NCBI GenBank assembly: GCA_963803145.1 | Contig: CAWDLW010000008.1 | Location: 256,001 to 320,000 of the forward strand | Length of the DNA stretch: 64,000 nucleotides | Source of the DNA: Methanotrichaceae archaeon | Lineage (GTDB): Archaea; Halobacteriota; Methanosarcinia; Methanotrichales; Methanotrichaceae | Direction of reading: 5' to 3' | Shown: one piece after another, positions 53,064 through 63,731 of the stretch | How positions within the stretch are numbered: the stretch's first letter is position 1 | How the letters are laid out: each line of letters starts with the position of its first letter | Notes under the pieces: model-generated | Seen by the model: the letters and a program-made list of their open reading frames with translations, nothing else | What the model was told of the DNA's origin: nothing | The model's database searches: none | Translations under genes and position numbers: made by a program

Positions 53064-54594
53064 GAACATGCTCAATAGCAGGTAAAATTAGCCGACCTTT
53101 GGGATCATATCGGCTAATCTTGGCATAGAAAAGCTATTAGAATAAATATCCTTGACATACAAATAGAATCTAACCTTTTGCTTTCTGCAAGTATCAAGCA
53201 TAGAAAGCAAATTCCCCCAGGCTGCTTTGCCTAACTCAGATCTAGTGCCATAGCTGATCTTTCTTTTTAGCACACCCTCGCGAACAGCTATTTCAGATCC
53301 ATTGTTGTGAAGAGGGATCTCCGGAAAATCGAGCATAAGGAGCAACTTATCTCGATCGCTATGGGTCGATGCTATCCGCTTGTCCAGTTCGAAGTATCCT
53401 GTAGTCGTTGTAAACAGGGATTCAAACCTTCGTTCAATTAACCTTCTGAGATCAATCTTTGGTTGGGATTTGAATTTCTTCAATAAATCGTAGAACTTCC
53501 AAAGACTGGCAATGAATTTTTCCAGAATTGATCGGTGAAGGTCCAAATAAGGTTTCAACTTAATGTAATGCTGTATCTCGTGTAACCAGCAGTGACCATG
53601 ATGGCAAGCTATGCCGTCATATTGATGAGCACTATCGGTTACCATCGGAGTAGGCGTCAAGACTCCATCCAATAATCCGAGCAGGTCTCTAATTGTTTTT
53701 CGCTTCCTGTTTTTCTCGATAAAATAAGTAGAAAATTCTTCATTGCCGATATAATGCATATCGCCATTCTTGGCTGAATGCCTTGCGCCAGTACTATCGG
53801 TTTGGAAATACTTGGCGCACCTCATACCGGTTTCAAATATTGCTGATTTCTCAGCTGAGAAGACTCCGCTCTTCTCTTTAGTCAGTATATTTGAGATTTC
53901 GCCTTCTGAGATGAAGATACCAAAATCAGTTAAGATACTATGGATCTTGTTTTCAGTCACTCTGCCTGCATAATAAAATGTAGCAATGAGCGCCTTTAGG
54001 TCGCTGCCAAATTGGGTGTTCTGAATTTCCTTTGGAAGCTCAGCATAATAATGCTTGTCCAGTGACTTGGAATAATAGTGTCCTCGCCGATATTCGATAT
54101 TATCAGTCTGTAGCTTGATATTTTGGATTATTACAGGTTCATACCCACGGTATACAGCATCCGGCGGCAAGATATCGGACTCGATATCTAACCAAACTAC
54201 TCGATTGATCTTTATCTTGGGATTCTTCGATCCCTTTGACCATTTCTTAGACTTCTCTGCTGATGCTTGTTTTGGTTCCAGATTAGGGATGTTTGGCGCG
54301 ATCTTCGGTTTGCCCTTCAAACCTTTTAATCTTGCTATTTCATCACCTTGTTGTTGGATTATCTCATTTTGCCGCCGTATCACTTGAGCTTGATATTCTA
54401 TAAAGTTGAGCAACTTTCGGAATAGCTCTTTAGTTGCCTCCTTGTCATCGAAGTCGATCTTATCGATATCAAGGGTTATTATTTCTTCTTCAATTGCCTT
54501 ATCCACAAGTATACTTATTTAGTTTTCTCAGCATTTTTAATTTCTGAACGATACGTCTTAATCTGCTGATCTGAACAAGCTATTGAGCATGTTC
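53064..54594 (-). mobile_element. IS66-family single-ORF element (ISBst12-like)
   Basis: Perfect 16-bp IRs gaacatgctcaatagc; 8-bp TSD tcaagagg. Confidence 0.85.
53088..54506 (-). CDS. IS66-like transposase
   Basis: N-terminal coiled coil, TDSTG, HCWLH, PLHNNGSEIAVR..KRKISYGTRS. Confidence 0.85.
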   Translation of the reverse strand: MDKAIEEEIITLDIDKIDFDDKEATKELFRKLLNFIEYQAQVIRRQNEIIQQQGDEIARLKGLKGKPKIAPNIPNLEPKQASAEKSKKWSKGSKNPKIKINRVVWLDIESDILPPDAVYRGYEPVIIQNIKLQTDNIEYRRGHYYSKSLDKHYYAELPKEIQNTQFGSDLKALIATFYYAGRVTENKIHSILTDFGIFISEGEISNILTKEKSGVFSAEKSAIFETGMRCAKYFQTDSTGARHSAKNGDMHYIGNEEFSTYFIEKNRKRKTIRDLLGLLDGVLTPTPMVTDSAHQYDGIACHHGHCWLHEIQHYIKLKPYLDLHRSILEKFIASLWKFYDLLKKFKSQPKIDLRRLIERRFESLFTTTTGYFELDKRIASTHSDRDKLLLMLDFPEIPLHNNGSEIAVREGVLKRKISYGTRSELGKAAWGNLLSMLDTCRKQKVRFYLYVKDIYSNSFSMPRLADMIPKVG

Positions 54595-54732
54595 TCAAGA
54601 GGCTTGTAAATGAGGGATATCTGGCTCCGATAGGTAAGAGTCCACCCAAATACTACATATCCGACAAACCAAGAGCATTCTTTGCTCTCGGTCAACACGG
54701 CTACTCAGTTACACAAGGTCGGATAAGGCGGT

Positions 54733-54750
54733 TGTAAAATTGATTTTACA
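54733..54750. promoter_or_regulatory. Inverted repeat upstream of the wHTH gene
   Basis: tgtaaaat-tg-attttaca. Confidence 0.4.
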
Positions 54751-54810
54751 CCATTAGCAAAATAACTATATATTAGAATGATAAGGATTACCTTGGTGAG
54801 ACTGGTGGCT

Positions 54811-55296
54811 ATGCCATTCGAGGGCCTATTGGGAAATAGCTGTGAGCTTAAAATAATCGAATATCTTTTGCCTTTGAGAGGTATGGAATTTAATCTTACA
54901 GAGTTGGCGAGAGAGGTAAACATCTCAAGACCAACAGCGGATCGCATAGTAAAAAAATTCGTTAACTGGGGCCTAATGGACGTTACCAGTGTATACGGCA
55001 AGACGAAGTATTACGCACTAAACGAAAATTCTGGCTTCATAGATGTATTCGAAAATCTAAATAATCGATTAGTAGAGCATATACTCGGAGAGGAAAATCT
55101 ATACGAAGTTGGGGATTATTTGATGCAACATGCTCCAGTATGTTCGCCCAAACCAATTACACTCTCTGAAGAGGTAGCAAGCTGGGTCCCAAGTATTTCT
55201 AAGAGGCAATCTGAGCCAGTAGATGGCATATTCATAAAAGAGGTTCAAGATTTCCCAAATGACATAATCGCTATGGGGGGAATAAATGCAGCATGA
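54811..55296 (+). CDS. Winged-helix DNA-binding protein
   Basis: KIIEYLL..NLTELAREVNISRPTADRIVKKF..YYALNE. Confidence 0.75.
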   Translation: MPFEGLLGNSCELKIIEYLLPLRGMEFNLTELAREVNISRPTADRIVKKFVNWGLMDVTSVYGKTKYYALNENSGFIDVFENLNNRLVEHILGEENLYEVGDYLMQHAPVCSPKPITLSEEVASWVPSISKRQSEPVDGIFIKEVQDFPNDIIAMGGINAA

Positions 55297-55702
55297 AAAT
55301 TTTTTTAGAAGAGAAATGGTGCAGGAGCTGAGACGTGTAGAGAATTTGATGAGGCGTGAGAGTTCATTAGAGAAAAAGATATACTATTTTTCAGCTGCAT
55401 ACGGGGTAACTAGTAGAACCTTTAGATCCTCTTTCTCGAAGGATATACTCTTAGCCGACTTTGTTCTCCAAGGTGCATACAATATACTTATGGATAGGCT
55501 GAATAGGCTAAAAACTGGAGATAAAAATGTACCGCTCAATGAGGATTCCTTCGAGGTAATATGCAATGGATTGAAACTCCTTGCCGACAAATTTGACGCA
55601 AGAGAGAACATACAAGATGCCCTTGAGATTATTCTTACAACAGCATATGCAACCACAGGGCCTGGGAATTACTTGAGAGAGAAGGGAGACATTAAATTAT
55701 AA
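55286..55702 (+). CDS. Hypothetical helical protein
   Basis: 138-aa ORF overlapping the wHTH gene. Confidence 0.6.
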   Translation: MQHENFFRREMVQELRRVENLMRRESSLEKKIYYFSAAYGVTSRTFRSSFSKDILLADFVLQGAYNILMDRLNRLKTGDKNVPLNEDSFEVICNGLKLLADKFDARENIQDALEIILTTAYATTGPGNYLREKGDIKL

Positions 55703-55725
55703 GAATTATATAATTGAACGTTCTG

Positions 55726-56863
55726 GAGGATTCCTATTTACTTGTATCCTAAGGGCGGTTTTTTTAAATCGACTCTAGATTTGCCTTACGATGTTCGCTA
55801 TTCTTGGTCTAACCTGTTTTTTTTCAGTTAATTCTCGATAGCATCCGCTATCCCTAAATGACATTTGCCTTTTTAAGAGTACAAAGCTGATACAAGTTAA
55901 AAGCGAAAGCGGTAACTATCATTTTCACATGCACTCTTCTGACTGATGTAACAAGCACTCTTCCAGCCTCGAAAACCCTCTTGATTACAGCATGGGGCCT
56001 TTCGCCAGGCGATCTGAGGATACTGATCAACTGATTGCGTTCTTTATCAAGATCAGAAAGAGGTTTATCAGTAGTCCTGCGCTTCATTGTAAAATCAATA
56101 CCTTTGGCCTTCACACCGAAATATCCTCTATCTCTGAAAACTGGCACGCCAGGGATAGAGAGATCAACCTGACTGTCATGCAGTGATGCAGTCGAGGTCT
56201 CTATATCACGTATTAGGCTGTAATCGATATCAGTTATTTGATGTAACTTATATCCGAAGTGAGTTTCATTGCCTTTCTTAGCCCATGTGCCATCCTTGCT
56301 GCGACGTGTCTTAGCCTCATCGCCACGTGGTTTCTTTGACTCCGATGATCCTGGATCTGCTTCTATAAAGGTAGCATCCTGAACAATTCCGCGTCTGATC
56401 TTCAATCCTTTTGCATCCAACTGTCTTTGAAGTTCAGCCCAAACAAGCCTATCTGTTCCTGTCTCCGCCATTCGTTCTTTGAATGACCATATAGTTCTGG
56501 AATCAGGGAACTGATCAGGAAAACCAAGAAATGCCATAAATGATATGCGATCAGCCATTTGCCGTTCAACAGCCAGATCGCTCAGGCCATACCACTGCTG
56601 GAGAATCAGGATCCTGAACATTAGAATAACATCACAGTTGGGCCTTCCGCCCTTCTCGGTCTTATTAGTATACATCCCTTCCAGAAGAGGACGAAAGGGA
56701 ACCCAATTGATCAATCCAGATACTTGAGCTAATTTAGACTCCTCTTGCTTTGCATTTAGACCTTTCAATACCCAAGTAGTAAAAGAATCCATAACAATAA
56801 ATACTATTTGCTGTATTTAACACTTTCGATGCTAAAGCAGGGGGTAGGTTTATAGGAATCCTC
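55726..56863 (-). mobile_element. IS5-family element
   Basis: 12-bp IRs gaggattcctat/ataggaatcctc; no TSD visible. Confidence 0.85.
55854..56792 (-). CDS. IS5 transposase
   Basis: GGRP, LQQWYGLSD, QDAT, GYKLH, DRGY, R..GER. Confidence 0.9.
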   Translation of the reverse strand: MDSFTTWVLKGLNAKQEESKLAQVSGLINWVPFRPLLEGMYTNKTEKGGRPNCDVILMFRILILQQWYGLSDLAVERQMADRISFMAFLGFPDQFPDSRTIWSFKERMAETGTDRLVWAELQRQLDAKGLKIRRGIVQDATFIEADPGSSESKKPRGDEAKTRRSKDGTWAKKGNETHFGYKLHQITDIDYSLIRDIETSTASLHDSQVDLSIPGVPVFRDRGYFGVKAKGIDFTMKRRTTDKPLSDLDKERNQLISILRSPGERPHAVIKRVFEAGRVLVTSVRRVHVKMIVTAFAFNLYQLCTLKKANVI

Positions 56864-56958
56864 ACAAAGAAAAGCATATTAAATATTATTATCGTATAAA
56901 TATTTTCTTAAGTTTCAATAATAGCGGTAATAGCGATATAAAACGCATTCCTAATATC

Positions 56959-57669
56959 TTATATCATCCTTTCTTCCTCTTCTTCAGATCTGATGCCCAG
57001 GTCCATAGACTCCATATATTCTTTGATCATTATTGGGAACGATCGAGACTCCATGAATCTTAAACCAAGTTGCTCTGCCCATCTCTGTATACCGAGGTCC
57101 TGCGATATCACAGCAGCGTCGAGATCTTTGGCAAGCAACAGCACATCTATATCCGGCGCGCTGTCAAGGATTCCATAGCGGAGAGCTGCACGATACTTCT
57201 CTCTGAACTTGCGGATTATGCCTCCGACGACCTCACGCTCGATCTCATCCCTCATATCCTTGAGGTTTCCTGTCTCACTCAAGGTAATGCACCTTGATAC
57301 CGACTCCCATATCGCCTCCTCAGATATGTTCATTCCTTTATTGATCCTGCTGCGCATATAATCTACATAATCGTAAAATATCTTTGAAGGCACCTTGACC
57401 TTATACCTATCAGGCGTCTTCTTGACAAGCCAAGTATCCACCTTGCTCAACACGCTCGCATTGCAGTTATTATGCCTGGCAAAGTCCTTTATCTCATTAT
57501 AAACCGAAGGATAAGGAACATAGCAGCTTATCCCCAGGTGAAGTCTGCCCTGTGCTATTCTATCCAGTATGGCATTCATCCCTTCGCAGATATTTGTACA
57601 GCCCTCGCTCTCCCAGGCCATGGAATCCGTAAGGGCGGTTGTATCCAGTACGAACCTCTGGCGCAGCAT
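56959..57669 (-). CDS. HARP, RNA-free RNase P (UPF0278/PIN_5)
   Basis: [48 protein letters not shown]. Confidence 0.85.
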   Translation of the reverse strand: MLRQRFVLDTTALTDSMAWESEGCTNICEGMNAILDRIAQGRLHLGISCYVPYPSVYNEIKDFARHNNCNASVLSKVDTWLVKKTPDRYKVKVPSKIFYDYVDYMRSRINKGMNISEEAIWESVSRCITLSETGNLKDMRDEIEREVVGGIIRKFREKYRAALRYGILDSAPDIDVLLLAKDLDAAVISQDLGIQRWAEQLGLRFMESRSFPIMIKEYMESMDLGIRSEEEEERMI

Positions 57670-57786
57670 TACTAACAGTATGAGGGAGGTGATATAAGAT
57701 TGCTTCTAAGATTGTTTTAAAGTAGGTGCACTGAAAATCCAATTAGGAAATGAAAGATCTATAAATCCCTATGGAGATTAAAGTCT

Positions 57787-58512
57787 GTGAAATCATCACA
57801 ACCTCTTATATTCGCCCTGGCCAGGATTGAGAATCTGATGCAGCAGGTTAGCCTTGACCCATTAAAGAAGAAAGGCAAGATCATCACAAACACATCCTTT
57901 GTAAGGAAGGATAAGCTGAAGGAAACCCTAGATGTATTCCATGATGTCATTCAGAGCGGTCTCACAGTCTGCCCCATGATCAAGCTCGAAGAAGATGGCG
58001 ATCGCGTAAAGATCAAAACTGCATGCAGCCTTACGATATCAGGAGTGCTTCTAAAGTATGGCATACCCATCAGGCCAAAGGGTGGCGGAATAATTGAGGT
58101 AAGGGAACGCGAACCTACCAGATTCACAGATATGCTGATGTATTGGGCCACAACCATAGATCCTATCGATATTCTTACAGCACAAGGAATAACTGATATT
58201 ACAGGCATGATAAAGCATGGGAATGGAAGGATTTTAGGCAACCTACAGGAGGCCCCAATGCTTGCCAGGGATCGAATCGAGGAAGTGCTCGATCACCTGG
58301 AAGATGCTGAGTTTGCAGGGATACTGGAGCTTGGCGAGCCTAATATGGATGTTCTGGGAGTCTCAGTTGAGAGAGATCATCTGGGGATTGCTCTTGTAGG
58401 CGGCACAAATCTTGTGGCTGCTGCCCGTGAGCTGGGTCTTGAGGTTGAGCACGAGTCCATATCTGGTCTTACCGAGGTCTCGGAGATGAAGCACATCGAG
58501 AAGCTAATCTGA
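57787..58512 (+). CDS. NrpR regulatory-domain protein (NrpRII/DUF128-like)
   Basis: TACSLTISGVLLKYGIP, PTRF, TIDP, GGTN; no N-terminal wHTH. Confidence 0.75.
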   Translation: MKSSQPLIFALARIENLMQQVSLDPLKKKGKIITNTSFVRKDKLKETLDVFHDVIQSGLTVCPMIKLEEDGDRVKIKTACSLTISGVLLKYGIPIRPKGGGIIEVREREPTRFTDMLMYWATTIDPIDILTAQGITDITGMIKHGNGRILGNLQEAPMLARDRIEEVLDHLEDAEFAGILELGEPNMDVLGVSVERDHLGIALVGGTNLVAAARELGLEVEHESISGLTEVSEMKHIEKLI

Positions 58513-58626
58513 AGAGGATTTAAAATCTATAAAACCAGAAGATCTGTCTTAAAGACCAGGGAAATACTGACATTTTCGGCGATGTACTTATACTATTACT
58601 GATATCCTTCTTTTTGTGAAATTGCT

Positions 58627-60342
58627 GTGAGAAACCGCGAGGTTGCAAACGTCCTTTATCAGATGGCTGAACTCTTGGAGCTTCATGCAGACAACCGCTT
58701 CAAGATCATTGCTTATGGAAAGGCCGCCAGAGCAGTCGAGTCTCTGAAGGAGGATATAGAGCAGGTCTGTAGAGATGGCCGTCTGGATTCAATCCCGGGT
58801 GTCGGCAAAGCCATCGCCCAGAAGATTGAGGAGTACCTCAGAACGGGCAAGATTCAGGCGCACCAGGATCTTCTTAAGGATACGCCACCGGGTCTTGCAG
58901 AGCTTCTCAATGTGCCCGGCCTCGGTCCAAAGACTATCTTCATGCTTCACGAAAAGCTGGGTATCACAAACCTCGACGAACTCGAGAAAGCGGCCAGAGA
59001 GCACCGTATACGCCGCCTGCCCAGGATGGGGCCTACAAGCGAGAAAAATATACTCAAGGGCGTAGAAAGGTACAGGAAGAGAAGCACACGACTCCTTTTG
59101 AGCGCCGTTGAGCCTATCGTTGATGAGATATTGGCATACCTCAAAGGCATGGAAGGGCTCGAGCACATAACAGCCGCAGGAAGCTACCGCCGTTGCAAGG
59201 AAACAGTAGGCGATATAGATATACTTGCAACCGCCGCAAGGCCTGAGCAGATAATATCTGCTTTTGTACGCATGCCCATGGTCGAGGAGGTGCTTGGAAA
59301 AGGACCGACAAAGGGCAGCGTAATAGTCAAGGAGACTATTCAGGTTGACCTGAGGATTGTTGAGCATAAATCCTTCGGAACAGCGCTCCAGTATTTTACA
59401 GGATCAAAGGAGCACAATGTCAAGCTCCGACAGATTTCCCTTGATCGCGGCTATTCTCTGAGCGAGTATTCGCTAAAGAGGCTAATCGATGGCCAGGATA
59501 TGTTCTTCAGCAGCGAACAGGATGTTTATGCGACCCTTGGGATGCAGTACATTCAGCCGGAGTTGAGGGAGGACACCGGCGAGATAGAAGCGGCGCTTGC
59601 CGGACAACTGCCGAAATTGATCGAACTTGAGGATATAAAAGGCGATCTGCACGTACACAGCGATTGGTCTGATGGGCGAGTGACCATTGAGGAGATGGCA
59701 AGGGCTGCTAAAGCGCTTGGATATGAGTATATCTCAATCAGCGATCACTCGCCTTCAATAGGCATTGCGGGCGGGCTCACGCCCGAGGAGCTCGACAAGA
59801 AGATCGATGTTATTGCCGCAATAAATGAAACGCTGAAAGGTTTTACGGTACTTGTAGGAACAGAGGTGGACATAAGGGCAGATGGCAAGCTGGATTACCC
59901 TGATGAGATCCTCGCCAAATGCGATATTGTCGTAGCCTCAGTTCATATGGGCCAGCAGCAGAAGGAGAGAGCAATAACAGGCAGGCTGATAACAGCCATT
60001 GAGAATGAGAACGTAGACATCATCGCCCACCCAACAGGACGGAAGATCGGCGAACGGGACCCTTACGAGGTCGATATGCAGAATGTGCTTGAGGCGGCTT
60101 CAAGGACGGGAACCGCAATGGAGATCAATGCATTTCCAACAAGGCTCGACCTAAACGATGTCTGGACAAGACTCGCGAAGGAGATGGGTGTGAGGATGAC
60201 GATCGACTCAGATGCACATGATTCCATGCACCTGGGCGTCATGAGATACGGCGTAAATGTAGCAAGACGCGGGTGGCTCGAGAAGAAGGATGTGCTGAAT
60301 ACGATGAGCCTTCAGGATATGAGGAAAGCGCTGAAGCATTAG
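58627..60342 (+). CDS. polX: DNA polymerase X with PHP exonuclease domain
   Basis: AGSYRR..GDID, YFTGSKEHN, DLHVHS.WSDG, AHP, SDAH. Confidence 0.93.
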   Translation: MRNREVANVLYQMAELLELHADNRFKIIAYGKAARAVESLKEDIEQVCRDGRLDSIPGVGKAIAQKIEEYLRTGKIQAHQDLLKDTPPGLAELLNVPGLGPKTIFMLHEKLGITNLDELEKAAREHRIRRLPRMGPTSEKNILKGVERYRKRSTRLLLSAVEPIVDEILAYLKGMEGLEHITAAGSYRRCKETVGDIDILATAARPEQIISAFVRMPMVEEVLGKGPTKGSVIVKETIQVDLRIVEHKSFGTALQYFTGSKEHNVKLRQISLDRGYSLSEYSLKRLIDGQDMFFSSEQDVYATLGMQYIQPELREDTGEIEAALAGQLPKLIELEDIKGDLHVHSDWSDGRVTIEEMARAAKALGYEYISISDHSPSIGIAGGLTPEELDKKIDVIAAINETLKGFTVLVGTEVDIRADGKLDYPDEILAKCDIVVASVHMGQQQKERAITGRLITAIENENVDIIAHPTGRKIGERDPYEVDMQNVLEAASRTGTAMEINAFPTRLDLNDVWTRLAKEMGVRMTIDSDAHDSMHLGVMRYGVNVARRGWLEKKDVLNTMSLQDMRKALKH

Positions 60343-60575
60343 AGAGATCAAGACATATCGTGAGATGCCATAGCGATGAATCTGTAATAGATTCGATTGG
60401 ATACATCATATATTCTAAGTATTTGTCCGAAAGGATGTTTTGGTTGGTAATGTAATCGGTTAACCTGAGGTAGGCAAAACCGAACCGATAAGGAGAAACA
60501 CTGCGCTAGGTCTGATGAAAATGTTACCACGTTAGTGATATTTTAAAATATAAAGCCGTAATATAATCTAAAGCT

Positions 60576-60776
60576 ATGCAGTCTAACGGCGGTGGAATCC
60601 TTAATGGCAATATCCAAAACCTAAACAAATATCTGGTACAAAATATAGCCATAAAGAAGAATAGTGCACCCATAGATGGCAACGGGATCTATAATGGTGA
60701 CATGATCAACCCCGACCACAGCAACTGCGACTTCGGCACAGGAGGAGATGCTAACATGCCGGATGATCATAATTAG
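60576..60776 (+). CDS. Small Asn/Gly-rich hypothetical protein or gene remnant
   Basis: 66-aa ORF just upstream of 60789. Confidence 0.35.
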   Translation: MQSNGGGILNGNIQNLNKYLVQNIAIKKNSAPIDGNGIYNGDMINPDHSNCDFGTGGDANMPDDHN

Positions 60777-60788
60777 GAGGCTATATCA

Positions 60789-61721
60789 ATGAAAATCCTC
60801 GCACTCATAGCATTTCTGGCCCTGATCTCTAGCACCAGCGCTGCCTTCTGGTCCAGCACAGTTAGCACGAATGCCAATTCCTGGTCGATCTACCGCCAGA
60901 GCGAGAGCTTACTCTTCAACTATTCCCAGTTTGTCAAGGGGACAATATCACCTGTTGATTACCACGGCAGAACTCTCAACCCGTACATCTCCAGCTACCA
61001 GGAGATCAAAATGAACGATGTCAGGCAGCGGGACAGAACCTCAGCCCTCCAGGGCGCTTACGCCTCGGAGGAGGAAACTAGCCTGCGGTCGGACGCATAC
61101 AATCCAGTCTACATCAACGTCACCAAGGCAGCAGGAAGTCCAGTCTACACCGTCCAGTACTTCGAGCAATGGCCGGTGATACTCTTATCAAGTAAGGCTC
61201 TAAGGTATTCCGGGAAGGAGATAAACGATCGCGAGTTTGAGGGCAACAACCTGGATTTTGCGGGCAGTAATTTTCTATTTAACAAAAATCTCTCAAAGGA
61301 TACCAGAGTGGGCCTGCTAATTAAGGGGATGAACGCAACTGTCATAGCCACCGATAATTCTATCCTCTCGGCGGAATTCATGCCCCTCAAAGAAATGGAT
61401 TATAGAATCACGGCTCAAACTACAGGCATTACAGATCTGAAGTACAGGCAGACTGGCCCAGATTATGACACAAAGCGAGGAACCTATAAAGTGATAAACG
61501 AGGGTGACGAGAGGTACATTGGATTATACAATATCTCCAGGCATATCCACATGAACTCAGACTTCCAAAATATCACTTCGGACTACGATTGGCTGTCATG
61601 CTGCTATGGCGGCTGGGATTCGATGAATTATTACGATAAGAAGGGCTTTGGAGCTAGCACAAAAGGGTTATTCGATTGCACTTGTTATAAGGTGCTGTCA
61701 AAGGCTCAGTTTCCACAGTGA
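60789..61721 (+). CDS. Secreted hypothetical protein
   Basis: AGGAGG SD, signal peptide, C-terminal WLSCCYGGW..FDCTC. Confidence 0.7.
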   Translation: MKILALIAFLALISSTSAAFWSSTVSTNANSWSIYRQSESLLFNYSQFVKGTISPVDYHGRTLNPYISSYQEIKMNDVRQRDRTSALQGAYASEEETSLRSDAYNPVYINVTKAAGSPVYTVQYFEQWPVILLSSKALRYSGKEINDREFEGNNLDFAGSNFLFNKNLSKDTRVGLLIKGMNATVIATDNSILSAEFMPLKEMDYRITAQTTGITDLKYRQTGPDYDTKRGTYKVINEGDERYIGLYNISRHIHMNSDFQNITSDYDWLSCCYGGWDSMNYYDKKGFGASTKGLFDCTCYKVLSKAQFPQ

Positions 61722-61735
61722 ATCTTTTCGGATTT

Positions 61736-61777
61736 AAGGCTGAGAATAATTTCCTATTGTGCTTTTCTCAGCCTTTT
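61736..61777 (+). terminator. Hairpin followed by T-tract
   Basis: aaggctgagaa..ttctcagcctt-ttt downstream of 61721. Confidence 0.55.
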
Positions 61778-62050
61778 ATATATATTTCGTGCTTTAATTC
61801 TAAGTTCCTTTATATGCTCTTTGTGTCTTTGCCTTCTGTGGTAGATTGATATTGCACGCTCACCACAAAGACGCGAAAGATTGTACCACGAAGCTCAAAT
61901 TTATTAAGCAATTAGCCGGAAGAACTATTGATTAGAAACGAAGCATTTTAATTTTTACAGAGATCAAGGGCGATACGCAGAACTGCTATAACCTCATTAA
62001 AAATAGGGCTGTGCTGAGCCCTCCCTTAACATCAGAAGCTAAAGCGAATG

Positions 62051-62530
62051 CTAAATTGTCGGCAACTGATTCGGGCAATTGCAAGATAGCGATGGTGCTA
62101 AAATTATATCCTCATCAGAGGCTTTTTCTTCCTTAGCCTTTTGATAATTGGGGTTTAGCCCGATGGCCTCATTGTAGGCCTCGATAGCTGAAGGGTAATC
62201 TCCCTGTATATCGAAGATCACGCCCATGTTGTACCAGGCTTCTGCATACGATGAATTGATTGTCGTCGCTTTAGTGAATGCATCAAGGGCATCATCATAC
62301 TTATTCAACAAACCAAGATCTATGCCTTTGTTATTCCAGGCTTGGTCGTTCAGTGGATTGATCGCAAGAGCATTATTATAGGCTTGTAATGATCCTGAGA
62401 TGTTGTTTTGGATATAAAGTATCATGCCCTGATTAAACCAGTAAGATGCGTCCGTCGTCTGCCCCAAAGCTGGAGCCATGAGCACAGTAATTAGTATTGA
62501 CAATGCTAGAGTGATCTTTAACGTCGGCAT
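62051..62530 (-). CDS. Secreted TPR-repeat protein
   Basis: Signal peptide; AWNNKG, AWYNMG, AI.LNP repeats. Confidence 0.85.
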   Translation of the reverse strand: MPTLKITLALSILITVLMAPALGQTTDASYWFNQGMILYIQNNISGSLQAYNNALAINPLNDQAWNNKGIDLGLLNKYDDALDAFTKATTINSSYAEAWYNMGVIFDIQGDYPSAIEAYNEAIGLNPNYQKAKEEKASDEDIILAPSLSCNCPNQLPTI

Positions 62531-62854
62531 TCTTCCCTCCGAGCCTTACTATTCACCTTAGTTGGATAAAAAGGTTTGTGCAATCCCACTTAGGACCTGT
62601 TCAAATAACCTTAAGTGCTTATCTAGTTTGCTCGAGTTCCCAGTTGACAATTGGCCAATATCCTCAATAGAATCGAAGACTTGAAAAAGGTTTTGCAGTC
62701 TGAAGAGCTGGGATCTAATATAGATCTGCAGATTCTATATCTACAGACCCTAGCACCCATTTTTGAAAAGGCCATCCAGCCCTTCAAACTGCCTTTTTCA
62801 GACTACCCGAACGCTTGATAATCGATGATATATGCACGCAGTATATGCATGTAT

Positions 62855-63458
62855 CTAGCGTGTAGCACTGCAGAACCCGTCTGTGCAGACATTCCCAGGA
62901 GGGCAGATGCTTCCGCATGCTCCGCAGTTCTGAGAATCAGTGTTGATATCAGTGCATGTCCCGTTGCAGATAGACTGATTCAATGGATAAATGCAATCGC
63001 CATTTACACAGCTTGCACCTGATGGACATACTTTTCCGCATGAGCCGCAATTAGATGCATCGCTCGTAATATCAGCACACGTTCCATTGCAAGAGACTTG
63101 ACCTGCAGGACAGGAGCACTTTCCGTTAACACAATACTTATCTGGAGAGCAGGCTTTTCCGCATGCTCCGCAGTTTAGCGCATCGATACTTGTATCAACG
63201 CATGTTCCATTACATAGCGTAAGACCTGCCATGCATGAACAGGTTCCATTTACACATGACTTTCCCAGAGGGCATGCATTTCCGCACGATCCACAGTTAA
63301 GTAGATCGACGCTGGTGTCGGTACATGTTCCGTTACATCGTGTAAGACCATCCAGCGCAGACGGGGCTACTTGAGGAGTTGGTTAAGCTATCAACCATTC
63401 CGCAATTCACCGATAACAATATTAAGAATATTATGAATTTGATATAGCTTTTTTTCAT
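62855..63458 (-). pseudogene. Secreted Cys-rich repeat protein (Stig1-like repeats) with a +1 frameshift
   Basis: Signal peptide MKKSYIKFIIFLILLS; four CNGTC.D...D..NCG.CG..C repeats; one extra base near 63357. Confidence 0.7.
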
Positions 63459-63731
63459 TTTATTCTCACCCACGAATTGATTCAATTCTTCATTCTATTA
63501 GAGCTTTTTGAGACATATACTATTAAGTTATAATCACTACACAAATATGAAGATTTTCATGTTGTTGATACAATGGTATACACTATGAACTTTTTAGGTC
63601 CCATACTTATTGGGATTATCCAATAGCGTGCTGAATATTGTTATAGAAAAAGAAAAGGTAAAATAGTTCATTTCCATCTCGGATCAGTTCGATGTCAGGG
63701 TACCAAAAAATCGAACCCATGCCGATCTAAG

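Larger units (their letters stand above)
52911..54737 (+). pseudogene. About 95-aa winged-helix-like gene split by an IS66-like element
   Basis: MTCNLGEEELFILNLLY..KDALKR | LVNEGYLAPIGKSPPKYYI.. in frame once the IS and one TSD are removed. Confidence 0.75.

Noticed and set aside
61818-61893. Imperfect inverted repeat (tctttg..tgtggt / accacaaagacgcgaaaga)
   Set aside because: Single occurrence; could be REP-like or a terminator but cannot be assigned.
63449-63455. A7 tract as a phase-variation switch for the Cys-rich gene
   Set aside because: Changing it would put the signal peptide out of frame; the actual lesion is about 95 bp downstream.
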